Source of the DNA: Cystobasidiomycetes sp. EMM_F5 | Lineage: Eukaryota | NCBI GenBank assembly: GCA_051047955.1 | Contig: JBPGPT010000001.1 | Span: 496,001 to 560,000 of the forward strand | DNA length: 64,000 nt | Direction of reading: 5' to 3' | In this document: positions 25,370 through 38,904 of the stretch, piece after piece | How the letters are laid out: every line of letters begins with the position of its first letter | How positions within the stretch are numbered: the stretch's first letter is position 1 | Program-made: the position numbers and the translations under genes | Notes under the pieces: model-generated | Seen by the model: the letters and a program-made list of their open reading frames with translations, nothing else | Told to the model about the DNA's origin: nothing | Database searches by the model: none

Positions 25370-27651
25370 ATGCGATCAGTCTTCAAACCGATAGCTTGGC
25401 TTACTGTGCCTTCGCTGCAGACCTGTCAACTTGTCACAGCATCAAATTTTGACTACAGCAACGGCAAGATCAGAGGTGTCAACCTCGGTGGTTGGCTGGT
25501 CACCGAGCAGGTGGGCTGTGGTGCGAACCGTCTGTCGAACAATGCTGACATTGAGTGAAAACACAGTGGATAACGCCAAGCCTGTACTGGGCTACAAATG
25601 ACAATCAAGTTATTGACGAATGGACATACGGGGCACGCACTGGCAACGCTGGTCTGTCTCGTCTACAGAACCACTGGTAAGCCGTGTTTCAGATCTGCTT
25701 GCAATGGGTGGCTATCGTCTGATTAGCATGCAGGAATACCTGGATTACCGAGTCCGACTTTGCTCAGATTGCATCATACGGGTTGAACCACGTCCGTATA
25801 CCAATCGGCTATTGGAGTGTCCCGGTGAGGCTACGAATTAGCATCTTTGCACCACGCAGTCTGATTGTTGCGCATCTACAGGGACAGAAATACGACTGGG
25901 AACCGTACTTCACTGGCGCATATGATTACCTACGAAGGGGTGTTGGCTGGGCGCAAAAGTACGGTATAAACGTCGTAAGTTTGCACTCAGTCGTATGATC
26001 CGAGATTGACACTGATTCTGTTTGCTCAGGTTATCGATCTGCACGGCGTTCCAGGTTCTCAGAACGGCTTTGACAATTCTGGCCATGCTGGACCTATCAC
26101 CTGGCAACAATCGCAGGATAACTATCGTCGTTCTGTGGAAGCTATCCGCCAATTGACTCAAGACTTTGTCAGCAATGGTGCTTACGGAGGTGCCGTAACA
26201 TCTATCCAACCAGTCAATGAGCCAGCTGGCTTCACGGGCAACGATGTGCTCGACTTCACCAAGCGTTTCTACAATGATGCATACTACACTATTCGCTATC
26301 CTGTACAGGGCGTCACTAATCCCGGAACCCTCGTTAGGTAGATGCCCAACGAGGTCGGATATTCCCGCCTTGCCCCTGGCTGATTGTGGTGCTTCTCCCA
26401 GTTTGTCAGACGCGTTCATGGATCCGCCTTACTGGCAGGGCCGATCCAGTACCCTACTTATCAGGGAGTCGCACTAGACAACCATTGTGAGGCGGTCATG
26501 TGTTGGCTGTAGTGTGGATATGGCAGTGAGGAAATTCGCTAATCCTGATCGAGCAGACTATAGCGTGTTCACGTACAATCAAGCTTCCATGAATGACGCA
26601 CAACGCATTCAGGAAGTGTGCGGCCGGGCATCCATGTATGCAAATGCTCCACTGTGGACTTATACTGGTGAATGGTCTGTGTAAGTCTCCTATCCCTTTG
26701 TCATCTGTGCGCGCCCTGGCACTGACTGAGCGAGCATCAATATATAGCGGAACAAATGACTGTGCCGGTTCACATGCTGGTGAGTCTAGCAGTGCCTAGT
26801 CCCTTACGAGGCGCTGATTCCGGATTGATCCCAGTCCTTGGTTCGAATAGAGGAGGTTCGGTATACGAGGGATCTGCAGGTAACACTCCGTCTATCGGTT
26901 CATGTGTGGGACGGTCTGGCAATTCGGCGTCCTGGAGCAATGCGTACAAGGCATATCTGAGGCAATACTGGGAGGTGCGTAAAGTCGCTCGGTGTCGGTG
27001 TAGAAGACGTTATTCTTCTGATACACTTCTCGACAGGCCCAAGTCAACACGTTTGAAAGCGGGAAGGGTTGGATCTACTGGGCGTGGAAGCAGTGAGTTC
27101 GATACTACCGATAAGAAATTGAATGCCTCTGAATGAATGCTTCTAAGGGAATTGGCGGATGAGTGGTCCTACAGCAAGCTTGTCTCCATTGGGTCAGTCA
27201 TTGTAACCACCGCAGGTGACGTAGACTTGGCTGACGTTAGCTTATTCAGGGTTATTCCGACCAACCCGACGCAGCGCAAGTATGCTAATCGTGAGTAAAG
27301 TTGTGCACGGAACGAATGTAAGAAATCTCCTTCTTACCTGGTCGCTCAGCCTGCGACACATCTGCGCTATCCAAGCAGCAGTCCTACAGCGGAGCTGGCG
27401 GTCTGCCATTTAGTCAAGATCAGGGCGCAGCGGCCTTCCAGCCCTCTTCCTCCAACATCCAGCCTACGACGACCAGTAATTCGCCCGTTTTCGCCCAGCC
27501 TACGTCCAGCGCGCCGACTCGCACCACTGTTACGTCATCTAAAGTCGCTGGTGGAATCTTCTTCACGCCCAAACCAGCTTCGAGCACCTCAAAGCCCGCA
27601 TCAAGTCCTGCTCGGACTAGTGGACGACCAGTCTTCAAGCCATTCAAGTAG
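25370..27651 (+). CDS. Secreted GH5 exo-beta-1,3-glucanase (EXG1-like) with a Ser/Thr/Pro-rich tail; about 12 introns
   Basis: [46 protein letters not shown] (acid/base), YTGEWS (nucleophile), GWIYWAWK...DEWSY. Confidence 0.9.
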
Positions 27652-27886
27652 TTGGCGACATTGATAATATTCCTAGTTCAACGCCCCCTTTCGAACGTAG
27701 ATTGACATGGACTCTAGTTAGATTGGCGGCATACTTTCGCGCATTCTTGCTTGTATTACCAGGGGATAGCATCTGAGCCACTCAAAATGAGACATGGGCT
27801 GTAAATATTGACTAAGGCAAGGTCCGTAGAAGACGCCTTTAAGCGTAGTTTGCGCCACAACCGTCTGTCGGCTTTTGTCGTAAAAC

Positions 27887-29298
27887 ATGAGTGCCAGGTC
27901 TGGACTGCAGCCGCTCCTGAAGGCTGCAACACGGAGTATTCTGCAAAGAAGATGCGCGTCCTCTGTCGGTGCAGCCCATGAAAAGCCTGTGAATGGCTTC
28001 TCGGAGGCAGTGGGCAACACTCCGCTTCTTCGTCTGAAGGGTCTCTCAGAGGAGATTGGATGCGACATCTACGGCAAAGCCGAGTTTATGAATCCCGGTG
28101 GCTCCGTCAAGGATCGTGCTGCCTTATGGATCGTCAAAGATGCAGAACAGAAGGGTAAAGCGAGACAAGCGGCAAGCCCGACATAGCTAATATCGAAACG
28201 AACAGGCTTCATCAAGCCCGGAGGGACAATCGTCGAAGGTACTGCTGGTAATACTGGTATTGGCTTGGCGTGAGTCCATTCGGATTGAGAGTGTTTCGCA
28301 GCCGGGTAACAATTCATACATAACAAGACATGTCTGCCGATCAAAGGGCTACAATTGCGTGATCTATATGCCAGATGTGAGCACCAGCATGTCTCTGTCC
28401 GTATGTAATGAAGCTCAACCGATATTCGCCAGACGCAAAGTCAAGAAAAGATTGACCTTCTAAGGATGTTAGGAGCTGAGGTCTACCCTGTACCGGGTAA
28501 GTTCTATATTACTGCCGCTTGGTTGTTCGTCGAGTATGCCACTGATACGTTCCGCAGCCGTGGCCTTTGAGAACCCACAGAATTACAATCATCAAGCGAA
28601 AAGGCACGCTGACAAATTAGAGAATGCCTACTGGACGAATCAATTCGACAACGTTGCCAACCGACAAGCGCACATCGAGACAACTGGTCCAGAGATATGG
28701 TCGCAGCTCAACGACGGGGCAAGCTTAAATGGCTTCACGTGCGCAACCGGTACTGGCGGCACACTGGCTGGTACGACTCGGTTTTTGAAAGAGGCGAGCA
28801 ATGGAAGGGTGAAATGCTTTTTGGCGGATCCTCCTGGCTCGGTCCTTTTCGGCCATATACAGAGCGGAAGGAAACAGCTTGGTGACCGGAAAGGCAGCTC
28901 AATTACAGAAGGGATTGGCCAAGGACGCGTAACCGATAACCTGGCACCAGACGTGCACTTGATCGATGAGTACGCTATGCATGGATGACGGCCGCAAGCA
29001 ACTCGCTGACCGAGAGCTCATCCGCAGGGCGATGTATATCCCGGATGAAGCGACCATAGCGATGGTCTATCGTATGCTCGACGAGGAGGGTCTCTATATC
29101 GGTGCATCATCAGCACTGAATGTGGTAGCGGCAGTCGAAATGGCACGTAAGCTGGGCTCAGGAAGCAAAGTAGCGACCATCATTTGCGATGGCGCGTACA
29201 GATATCAAAATCGATTGTTCAGCAAAAAGTGGCTGCACAGCAAAAATTTGTTTGACGCGCTTCCCCCGCGGTTACAAAAGTACGCAGTGTTGGATTAG
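27887..29298 (+). CDS. Cysteine synthase (O-acetylserine sulfhydrylase, PLP-dependent) with a probable mitochondrial presequence
   Basis: VGNTPLLRL...[56 protein letters not shown]; Arg-rich, acid-poor N-terminus. Confidence 0.93.
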
Positions 29299-29431
29299 AG
29301 GTTCGCGCAGCAGCAGAAGTCGCATGCGATACGATTAATCATAATACTTGGTTTTGCTGGATCCAGCGTGAGATCATGCTATCTCGATTGATACAACGAC
29401 AATAGATCACCACAGTATCGCAGACTATTTG

Positions 29432-30847
29432 CTACAGAAAGTATTCGGGTGGCTATAAACGCAGCTTGAGTCAGCAAAGGGAAGAGAAAGGAAGATGAAT
29501 CACAAACGCACTTTCGCTTGTGCACCCTGTTGCGCCGCAGCCGCCGCTTCCTTTGGTCCATCTCGCTCATTTTCCGGCGCTGCATCAAATACATTGAAGT
29601 GTTTTGTGCCACCAGGGCCGACTTCCAGTATGCTTGCCATGTTACCGCATCTGTAGCAGTAGTTTGGTGCAGACCATACAGTCGATAATCGATCTCCATA
29701 CATGACACTGAAGCCTTCCATACACAGCTGATGCGCCCGCAGGATGTGCACCATATTGTTGACTTCGAGAAACTTCTTGACCACTTGTGCGCCGAAGGTG
29801 TAGCCCGCTCCTCGCGGTGATATCGCAAATTCTTCCTTGTCGGGATCGGGATCTGACCACACGAGATCGGTCATTGGCCCTTCGTGCGGTATTTCTGTAG
29901 TCAAGCAGGCACAAGACCTTAGCATGGGATTGCAAGCAGGCCTGTGCTGAATCTGCAGGACTACCTCTGAAACGGTCAATAATCTTGATCTGGTCTATCC
30001 CGTGTACTGACGGAGATAAGCCTGGAGTACAAGATGTCACGATCAGTGGTCTGCTTAGATTGCACGACACTGAAAAAGTCTCTACCTCCATGCACGCAGA
30101 ATATCCGGTCATCGATAACGACCGAGAGGGTGAGAAAGTCAAACATGTCGGTAAAGTATGTCCATACGTTGGCGCTCCCATATTTGCGAACGCATTCCGT
30201 ATAGAAGCCATATGTTTGCGTCACTGCGCGCGACTCGTGATTGCCTCGTATGAGTTGCACACGGTCTGGGTATCGTAGTTTTAGGCAGGTGAGGAGAGAG
30301 ATAGTTTCGACGCTGAATAGACCCCTGTCGACATAGTCGCCTGGAATTTACAGCGCCGTCAGACTAGTAGATTGGCAAGCGTGGTGATGGCTCGTCAAAC
30401 CGACCTAGGAACAGATAATTTGTATGAGGCGAATAACCGCCTATCCGGAATATTTCGATGAGGTCGTAGAATTGTCTGGTTTTTGTTTTTTAGCCGGCGA
30501 GTACAAAGGTATCGCGCGTGAAGGAGACTGACCCGTGAATATCGCCGACAACAGTCACCGGCGCTGAAATATGAACGACGTTGCTCTCTCGCATCAGCAA
30601 TCTGCAAATAACGCAGACAAGGTCGTGGATGAGTAGATGTCTCATCGAACAGCGCGACACATTGCAGCCCACTCTTTCGTCTTTTCGCATATCTCCTTTA
30701 CGAGGCTTTCGCCGAGTAATTGCTTTCTGACCAATGTGGCAATACATCTGTTTGAGCAAGTCTCAGCGTCTGTGCGGACCGTACAAGCCTTGCCGTTGCA
30801 GCCTTCACTGCGACGTACGTGTCGAGGTCGAAGTGCGACCCTGTCAT
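29432..30847 (-). CDS. PPG1: PP2A-related Ser/Thr phosphatase catalytic subunit, Ppg1 type
   Basis: [63 protein letters not shown]-terminal PEYFL. The TQTYGFY and [12 protein letters not shown] pattern fits Ppg1 better than PP2A/PP4/PP6. Confidence 0.82.
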
Positions 30848-31138
30848 GCTTCAGCTGACAGTGTGCCGAGTTGTGATATTACACGGAGGTTTCGAATGTC
30901 GAGTAGTTGGATGGTCTAGATTTGTTGACAGGTTCAGAATGCAGCTGCAGACTGTGTCAGCGGTCTTTGGTATGTCGCAATGTCGGTGTTCAGGAGAGAA
31001 AGGCACCCTCTCAGACATGATCGACTGTCGGCAACGCTATGATGCAGCCGACGAAGGTCAGGAATGGTTGTGTTTCCTGCAAACACATCATAAATATGCT
31101 CTCAGGCCAAACACTATGACACCCTGACTCTGGCTCGC

Positions 31139-33551
31139 ATGGCAGGCGATGAGCCAGAAAAGCGCCTATCGCTCCAGGCAATGACGGCAAAGGAGCAGCT
31201 GGTGACTGCCAGTCAAATATGCCAGACGGTGCTGGGGAGTGACGAGATTATAAAGATTGCTACGATAGTCGCAAACAGGTCGGGCACATCGGAAAAGCCA
31301 AAGAGCGAGTCGGTCGTCCTCGCTATTATCAGTAATGTCGAATCTGGGGAGGCCGAAGAAGCCTGTATCATAGCTGGTGCGGCATCCATCCACGCCTGTA
31401 TATGGGGAATGACTTGACATCTCGTCTTCAGTCCACGGCGCGATAGCCAATGCGGCATCAGATATCTCTCGACCTAACATTGCCGGCCTGTGCCCCATCC
31501 TGGCAGATACAAAGATAGACTTTGAACAGGTCGAAGATAGGTCTCATACCTCGATTCTCGAGGATGACGGCTTGGCAAGAAAGGCTTGTGAGATGTTACA
31601 TTTGCGCCTTCGTAAAGATGCTAATACTGAATGCTACTCGGATGTCAGGTTTCCGTGTAGCATTCAGTTCAGTCTCGGCGTCTGCTGCTGTATCAGTAAT
31701 CACAGACGACATTGAATCATTGTTCGATATTCTGGCTGAGGCGAAACGGCTCATTGCTGCAGCAGGTGCGGAGTTGCGATTTCGCGCACAACGATAGATG
31801 AGCCAAGGGACTGAACAGTCTTCTTCATGCACGTAGAACAGCTCAACCTCCTAGGTAACGGTACTTCACACGCATGGATGCGTGCGTACGCGACCCAACT
31901 TCCAAAACTACCGCCTCGTCGCAGAGACACGGCTGGAGCAGCCCCACGTTCCGATACCTTTTCAGGTTTTCTTTCTTCAGTCATTGGAAGTCGCGTCATC
32001 GATGGCTTGCCTACACTGTCATCGGCTTTCAACACGCTCGGTACGTATACCCAGCCGAAACGACCTAGGGGGGCGACAGGCGGTGGAATTTTGCCTGGCG
32101 GCACATCCATGTTTGCTCCTCCGGCTTATACCACTCGCAACGATGGAGCAGACGATCGCCTGAACCGCAAAGATCCGAACAAGGATGATGTGATGTCCTC
32201 GATAGACTCAGACACGAGGCAAATATTAGAGGATAGGCGAGCGGAATATACCAAGATGCGAGAGCTCAAAGTCCACGTGTGCTCCTACAACCTAAATGGC
32301 CAGTTTTACGATCCAAAAGTGGATCTGACGGCTTGGCTGAGGCCGAAAGAGAAGCCTGACATTGTCGTAGTTGGGTGAGTTATAAAAGACGTTGGGAGCA
32401 AGTATTGACTGATGCGGCGCTCCTATGTATCAGTCTACAAGAAATGGACTTGCGTCCAGAAGTGCTGATGGTCCGACACGATCCACTAGTGGGAGAAGCT
32501 TGGGCGAGAGGAATTTTAAATACTCTAAACACACCGACAAATCAAGACTCCAAACGAGATAGCTTTGAGGAAGTCGAAAACACCCACTCAACATTGCCAT
32601 ATGTCATGATTACGTGTAAGCAGCTGGCAGGCCTATGGCTTGCTGTTTTCGCTCTCCAAGAACACACGGGTCATATCAGAGACGTTCAAGTCGCTACCGT
32701 CATGACGGGTTTTGCTGGTCTTACAGCCAATAAGGGTGCTTGTGGAGTGCGATTCTTGTAAGTTGATCGAGCCACGAGTCAGATGACGCTAGAGCAATTA
32801 GCTGAATGGGTGGGCAACATCTCTAGACTGGGTGACGAGCACGTCTGCTTTGTGGTAGCGCACCTTGCGGCTTTCCAAGACGCTGCCGACAGACGAAATG
32901 CAGACTTTCTGGACATATCTACGCGATTGCAATTTGTTTCAGAGATGACGAGTCATGGGGGCTACATTTACTCGCGGATAGTTGATTCAGCGTGAGCTTT
33001 CCAGTAGTTTGACGAAATTGCGATTTGGAGATTACTGACAATATCTCACCTCTCGTAGCGCTACAGTCTTTTTTGGAGATCTCAATTACCGCCTCGACCA
33101 TTCCATGGATGGCATACGCTCACTGCTTGCAAGTCGTACCTTTACACCGCTTCTAGCGCACGACCAACTCAAGCTTGCCCAAGTCAGCTCGGCAGCCTTT
33201 GTAGGCTTCATCGAGCACGACATCACATTCTCATGTACATACAAATACGACAGAGGCACCGACAACTACGATAGTAGTGAGAAGGAACGAAAACCAGCTT
33301 GGACGGACCGTATTCTGTGGAAAATAAATCGTTCTTCACCTACATCTCGTGAGGGCAAGATCGAGAACACGGAACGAGACGATGAGCTGCGGTCTGTGAG
33401 CATAACGTGTGACGAATATGACTCCGTCATGCAGATGCGCTTGTCGGATCATAAACCCGTCTTTACAAGGTTGCGCGTATCGATCCCGTGGACGGACTAT
33501 GCCAAGAGGGACAAGGTGCTAGCTGAGATTCGTAGCAGCACAGATTCGTGA
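31139..33551 (+). CDS. Inositol polyphosphate 5-phosphatase (INPP5B/OCRL-like), multi-exon
   Basis: CSYNLNG, PDIVVVGLQEMD, ANKGACGVR, FVVAHLAA, FFGDLNYRL, TYKYDRGTDNYDSSEKERKPAWTDRILW, SDHKPV. Confidence 0.9.
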
Positions 33552-34035
33552 CACAGACATGCTCAGCTACATCCGCCAACTTACGACCAGTTTCTGCTCT
33601 GTGTAGCAATTTATTGGTCAAAACTTCCGGACGCGTCATGATTTCCGCAAAGTAGTCGCGTGGTAGCATTTAACAAGGTTTAGTAGTCGCTTCGTCACCA
33701 GTACGCAGCAGCAACCGTATTCTGCATATCAACGTACAATAGAAGTAACGCAGTCACATTGATACTTGTTGAAGCTGCTTCGCTGCTTTGCCTTTGCCGG
33801 CCAATTCGAGTGGCACTCTACGCTCGGGCCTTGTTTTGGTGACATCCTGCGAAACAAAACAAGTCCGAGTCCGACGGCAACGAGGAGGAACAGTTTTGGA
33901 TTCCAGCCAACTGCAGCCATATCAATACTCGTCAACAGGTCTGCACACATTGTGCCATCGAGGGGGCCTGCGACTCCTGCCATCGTCCGCTGTCTGGCTC
34001 GCGGTCAACTTCTACCAGCTGATCCGTGACATCGG

Positions 34036-37000
34036 ATGGCAGCAAAGTTGGCTGCACCTTCGCTCAAGTCATCATCGATAAATGCACAAATGTACGACAC
34101 TATAGCAGATCCTGCATCCCCCGTCAAGGCAGCTCCAGCGTCCCCAGCGCTGTCGAGCGAACAGATCCGGAACCGGTCAACCAAAGGCTGGTCTGGGGCG
34201 AATGCCGCTGCTACAGCTGGCGTCAGTGGTCTAGGCATACCCCCGCTCAACTTTCGTGGCAGCAGCAGCAAGATCCTTGCCAGCTCGCCAATGACCACTG
34301 GCTCCAGTTCCGAGTCCTCCACTATTGATGGCGGGTCTCCCTTTGGGACCATCATTAGCCAATTTGCTGCGACTCCCGCTTTGGCAACAGCGCCTAGATC
34401 TCCAGTAGATAGCACACGCAAATCGTCAGGCTCGTTCCAGATTCTAAACAAGAAGGCCGTATCCAATTCTCCATTCCTGACGGGCGGAAACACGACCAGC
34501 TCGTCTCCCACCACAGCTCGCAAGCCATTCTCGCCAGCCAATGTTGCTCAGCAGTTCCATCAAGCGCAAGCAAGTTGGAATAGTACAGTCGGCAATGCAA
34601 GCACTTCAGCTAGTCCTGTCATCCCTTCCTCGCCGGCTCGCCACGGTCTCGGCTTTCTTACCGGTCGGACGTCGCAAAACAATTCCCCTATTCACGCGCT
34701 ATCAGGCCGTCCTTCCCACAAGCGCAACCACAGTGATGCAGAGAATGTCAACCCGCAGGGCGTCATCAATTTCCACGCGAAGAAGGTCAATGCCGGTACC
34801 CAGGATGCGGCAGAAGTACTGGCGTCTCCACGCACGCTGTTCAATGCAGAAATGGCTGCGATTGGCGCACCTCCTGCAATGGATGTGACACATGCGCAGT
34901 CTCCATCGTCAACACCAAGCAGTCTCAATGCAGAACAAACGTTTCCACCTCTCGCTACCCAATCTCCAGTGCGCAAAGCCCGCTCGAGTGTGGCTCATCT
35001 TGGCAATAGAGCGTCTGTGTCATCCAGTCCTTTCCTTCAGAAGCAAGCAGCAGCTCGCGAGTCCCCCGTCCACGCTAGAAATAGTCGAATGGAAGCCACG
35101 TCCATCGATGTTTTCACTGCGAACAGTTCCGCTACACCCGTTGCAATCGGCGACGACATGCCCTCTTCCACCACTTTGGTTCGAAAGAAGTCGGTGCATT
35201 GGAATGAAGTTGAAGAGGTATGCGAATTCTACCCAGAAACTGAAGATGGCGAATCACGTCGGTCCAGTGCAGCATCGAGCGTGCAATCCAACGGCACAGA
35301 TGACAGCTATGGAGGCGAGCCGTCTCCTTCTCTGGACGTGGATGACGATAGGAATATCTCGGAAGCTATAGCTAGAGCTGCCAGGGAGCAAGGCCTCGCG
35401 CACGACGCCGACAACGATGACTTTTATGACAATTATCGTCATTCATCACTCGAGCCCGCCGACGACCATGTCGATGATGCAACGCTGCACACGCCCCTTG
35501 GTACTGGTCATCTTATAAGGGAGGCTTCCATTTTGTCGCAGCATGCCAGCGTAATTGTCGACGAAGACATGGACGAATCCATTGCCATTGGTATGGACGG
35601 AGATGAGACTTCGCAAGATGAGATGCAGGAATTGATGCGACAAGTCGCTGCAGCACAGCTTGCGCAACACAACGTACTACCCATGACTTCCCCAGCTCGT
35701 CAGATTCCTTCCGAGCTTGGCGGCATCCGTACGCCGGGCAGTAGCACGGGCCCCAACGCTAGCATGATGTCTGAGCAGCTCACGCCGCAGCCATTGAATA
35801 TTGGCGGAAGCCTCTCTCGCCGCGGACCATTGCCATCTCCGCCTGGAGCGCCGTTGTTGGGGGGCAACGATCCAGCTTCACCGACAGACTACTCATTCCC
35901 TCAGGCTTCTATGTCGGAATCGATGCGCAGTCCCGGTGCCGATACATCAGCATTCTCACTACCAGACATCGGATTCTCCAACTCGCCCTTCCTCAACTTT
36001 GACGAATTGGGTCTGTCTAGGAAGGAAAGTATGAAGCGAGCTGCTGCTGCCGTACCCTTTACGCTTGCTGGTCGTAGTCATTCTGAACAAGGCCCCTCTC
36101 GCCCCCGATCAGCTGTTCCTGTTCGACAGACGAAATCATCGACAGGGTCAAATGAAAGCGACATGGAGACTGTAGATCTATCCATCACTGCCGTCCCTTC
36201 CTCTGCGCTCAGACCTCGTCTGACGGCGCAGGAGGTGGCAAACAGCATACGAGGTAAAAGGCCCGCGTCTGCACTAGTCGTTCCGACAGACCGCTTCATC
36301 GATCCTTTCTCGCAAGGACCGCTGGCGTCTACGCCACCTCGCAAGCAGGAACGAAGTGGTCTCTCGAATCTTATGATTGACGTATCGACTGCATCCCCCA
36401 GCCGATCCAAGGCGATCTCGGCTCGACCAGCTCTGTCGCCGACAAAGATCTCTTCCGAGCAGCTGCCCTTATCTGCTAGGTCCATGCCATCTCCCATTCG
36501 TTCGGCCGCCCCGAGCAGCGAGCCAGAGAGTGCGCTGGACCGCCTCATGCGGGAGACGAGCCACATCCAGACCGGGCTTCAGCCTGCTGTGCCATTAACA
36601 CCGTCAAGCGATGGAAGGAGTCGAGCGAGTAGCTCCACCAGTACCGCTTCCGGCGAGACTGCCGAAACCATGCAATCATCCGCTCTCTCAGCGGAATCTG
36701 CGCGTGAAAAGCCTCTTACTGCGAGGGAGGAAATTATGCGGGACGCGCGGCGTAGGAAGGGTATTTCTATGCCTGAGACTGTCCGACCGCAGCCGCGACG
36801 CCGCAGCCTTTCAACGAATGATGCTATGGAGACTCTCAATAACGATATGGATCACGTCGAGTCGCATGAGAGAGTGAGTACACCGCTTACTATATACAAA
36901 TACACAACTGATGAGGATTACAGCACTTGCGTACACCGTCTCCGCCTCCCAAGGACATCTTCTGGTCTGGAACTCCTCAAGACAGTCCTGCTGTCAACTT

Positions 37001-38904
37001 TGCGGTCAATAATACTGCAGAACCTGATTTCAGGTCGTCAGTCAGTCGAGCGCTAGATGATGTCGCACAAAATGCAGGGGTAAATTGGACACAACTCAAG
37101 TGCCGCGCCCAGGCTGATCAGGACACCTTCCAGCGCAAGTACCGCGTAAAGAATAGGGAGCATGGACCGATCGCATATGCGAGGAAAGATGCCAAGGTAG
37201 TCACGGTGGGTGTAGCTGGAGACGTTGATATCGGCAATGCTCCAAACAAGGTCAGACGTGCATCAGACATGGTGAGGCATGCGATACTTCGCGCAAGTGA
37301 GGGGGCTGATACAGCAGGCTACTCCAGCATAAGCACAAGAGTGAAATCCGAGAATGCAAGCAATTGACAGCAAGTCGTGCTCGAGAGACTGGTGCGGTCT
37401 TCGTCAAGAGTAAGTGCTGACAAGCGCAGACTCGATTCTACAGTACTAAGCTACCCCAATCAGTCGGACAACTATTTCTGAGCAATGGCCTCCCAATGCC
37501 TGCCGAGGCAACCTATATGACTTGCGAGATACGGAATGCGCTCACGCACGTTGCGACACCCGCGTTCCGCTTATCACACAAGACGCAGATCGCACAAGAG
37601 TTTGAATTGTGGGCACCGGACCGTTTGAATGCTGAGTAATTCTAAAGTCCGTTCACTGCAGGATCGCCCACCACAATTTAGAAGTCACCGTGTCATTTAT
37701 TGTGCGGAAAGATCCGACTCTGGACCCGCACTTGGCCCCCCCTCGCGTCAGCTTTGTCAATTCAGTACCCACATCGCCACCGAAGTATTCGCCTTCAACG
37801 TCTTCATCCAGTAGTGGTTTCAAAAAGGGCCTGCGAAATTTGAAGAACCGCATGCGGCCGCCAACTCCTGTGGAAATGCCTGTAGCGCAACGGATCCCCA
37901 GACCGCCATCGCCGCATCCCCTGTTAGAGTACTTAAAGGAGGATGGCGAGCTTTGCCGAATAGTCATTCGCGTAAACAAGCTTATGAAGGATTGCCATGG
38001 TCAGCAGCTGAAGACGATGCACAAGTGCTACTCGTCGTCGGAGAAGGCCAAACAATCCTTGCCAGACATTGGCGAAGTGGAAATCAAGCTCTTCTACCTT
38101 CCACCCCTCGCAACGGTGCCCATTGGCGACCTTCCGCAAAGCATTGACGAGTGCTTGTCAGGTCTAGACAAGGCTGCCAGGGCCGCCGCAAACGATCGCC
38201 TCGTCTGTGAGGGCTATCTTGCTCAACTTGGCCCAGAGGACTGCAAGGTGCGTTATCCCAGAATATCTGGTTCCTGTGGTGGAAAGTCTGACGATACCTT
38301 CATACAGAATTGGCGGCGACGACGCATGCAGCTCAAGAATTCCAGACTCATTGCGTACAACGAAGTCATGCACACAGCAACCGCATTCCAGATCTACCAA
38401 ATCGTTCGGCTAGAGGACCCAGAGGAAGGCCTTGCTTCGCCTGCCTTGTCGGCGGATGCGCCATCAGCGTCGCCGGCTAGCTTCACGACTGCCCGAACAG
38501 CAACGCCTGACGTCCAACAACATCATCGACGAGCAATGTCAATCGACGATGGCGAAGAAGCGTTCTTTGGTCGACCATTCTCTTTCCGCCTCGTCTTCGT
38601 CGATAAATCTGAGGTCGAATTCGCCGCCGACACCGCAGAAGAAAAGGCGCGCTGGCTGCGCCACCTTATGCCACTTGTACGAGGAGCACTCGGCTCTACG
38701 AAGACGCGTTCGAGCGTCGTGCCACCACATTGGGCGCAGGTCTTGCATCAAATGAACAAGGAACGAACAAAGGAGGAACGAGCAAAAGAGGAAAGAGCTG
38801 GTCCTCCAATAGAGAAGCACAACTCTATGAATGAAGAGTCTGCTTCTCGCGCGGCTAGCGCCATTCCACCTCGACCAACTCGTCCCGCTCCGCCCCTGAA
38901 GTGA
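34036..38904 (+). CDS. Bud4/Int1/Mid2 anillin-like septin-associated protein (long disordered N-terminus, anillin-homology region, C-terminal PH domain)
   Basis: About 1000-aa low-complexity exon, then IAQEFEL, IKLFYLP...LPQSIDEC...CEGYLAQLG.DCK.WRRRRMQL...FSFRLVF...EFAADTAEEKARWL, the fungal Bud4-type C-terminus. Confidence 0.83.

Noticed and set aside
22834..29298. MBOAT acyltransferase, GH5 and cysteine synthase as a possible biosynthetic cluster
   Set aside because: No backbone enzyme, transporter or cluster regulator; the neighbours are housekeeping genes.
38758..38800. 15-nt periodic repeat encoding KERTKEERAKEERA; also a short (TGT)n run near 54503-54522
   Set aside because: Ordinary short coding repeat and microsatellite.
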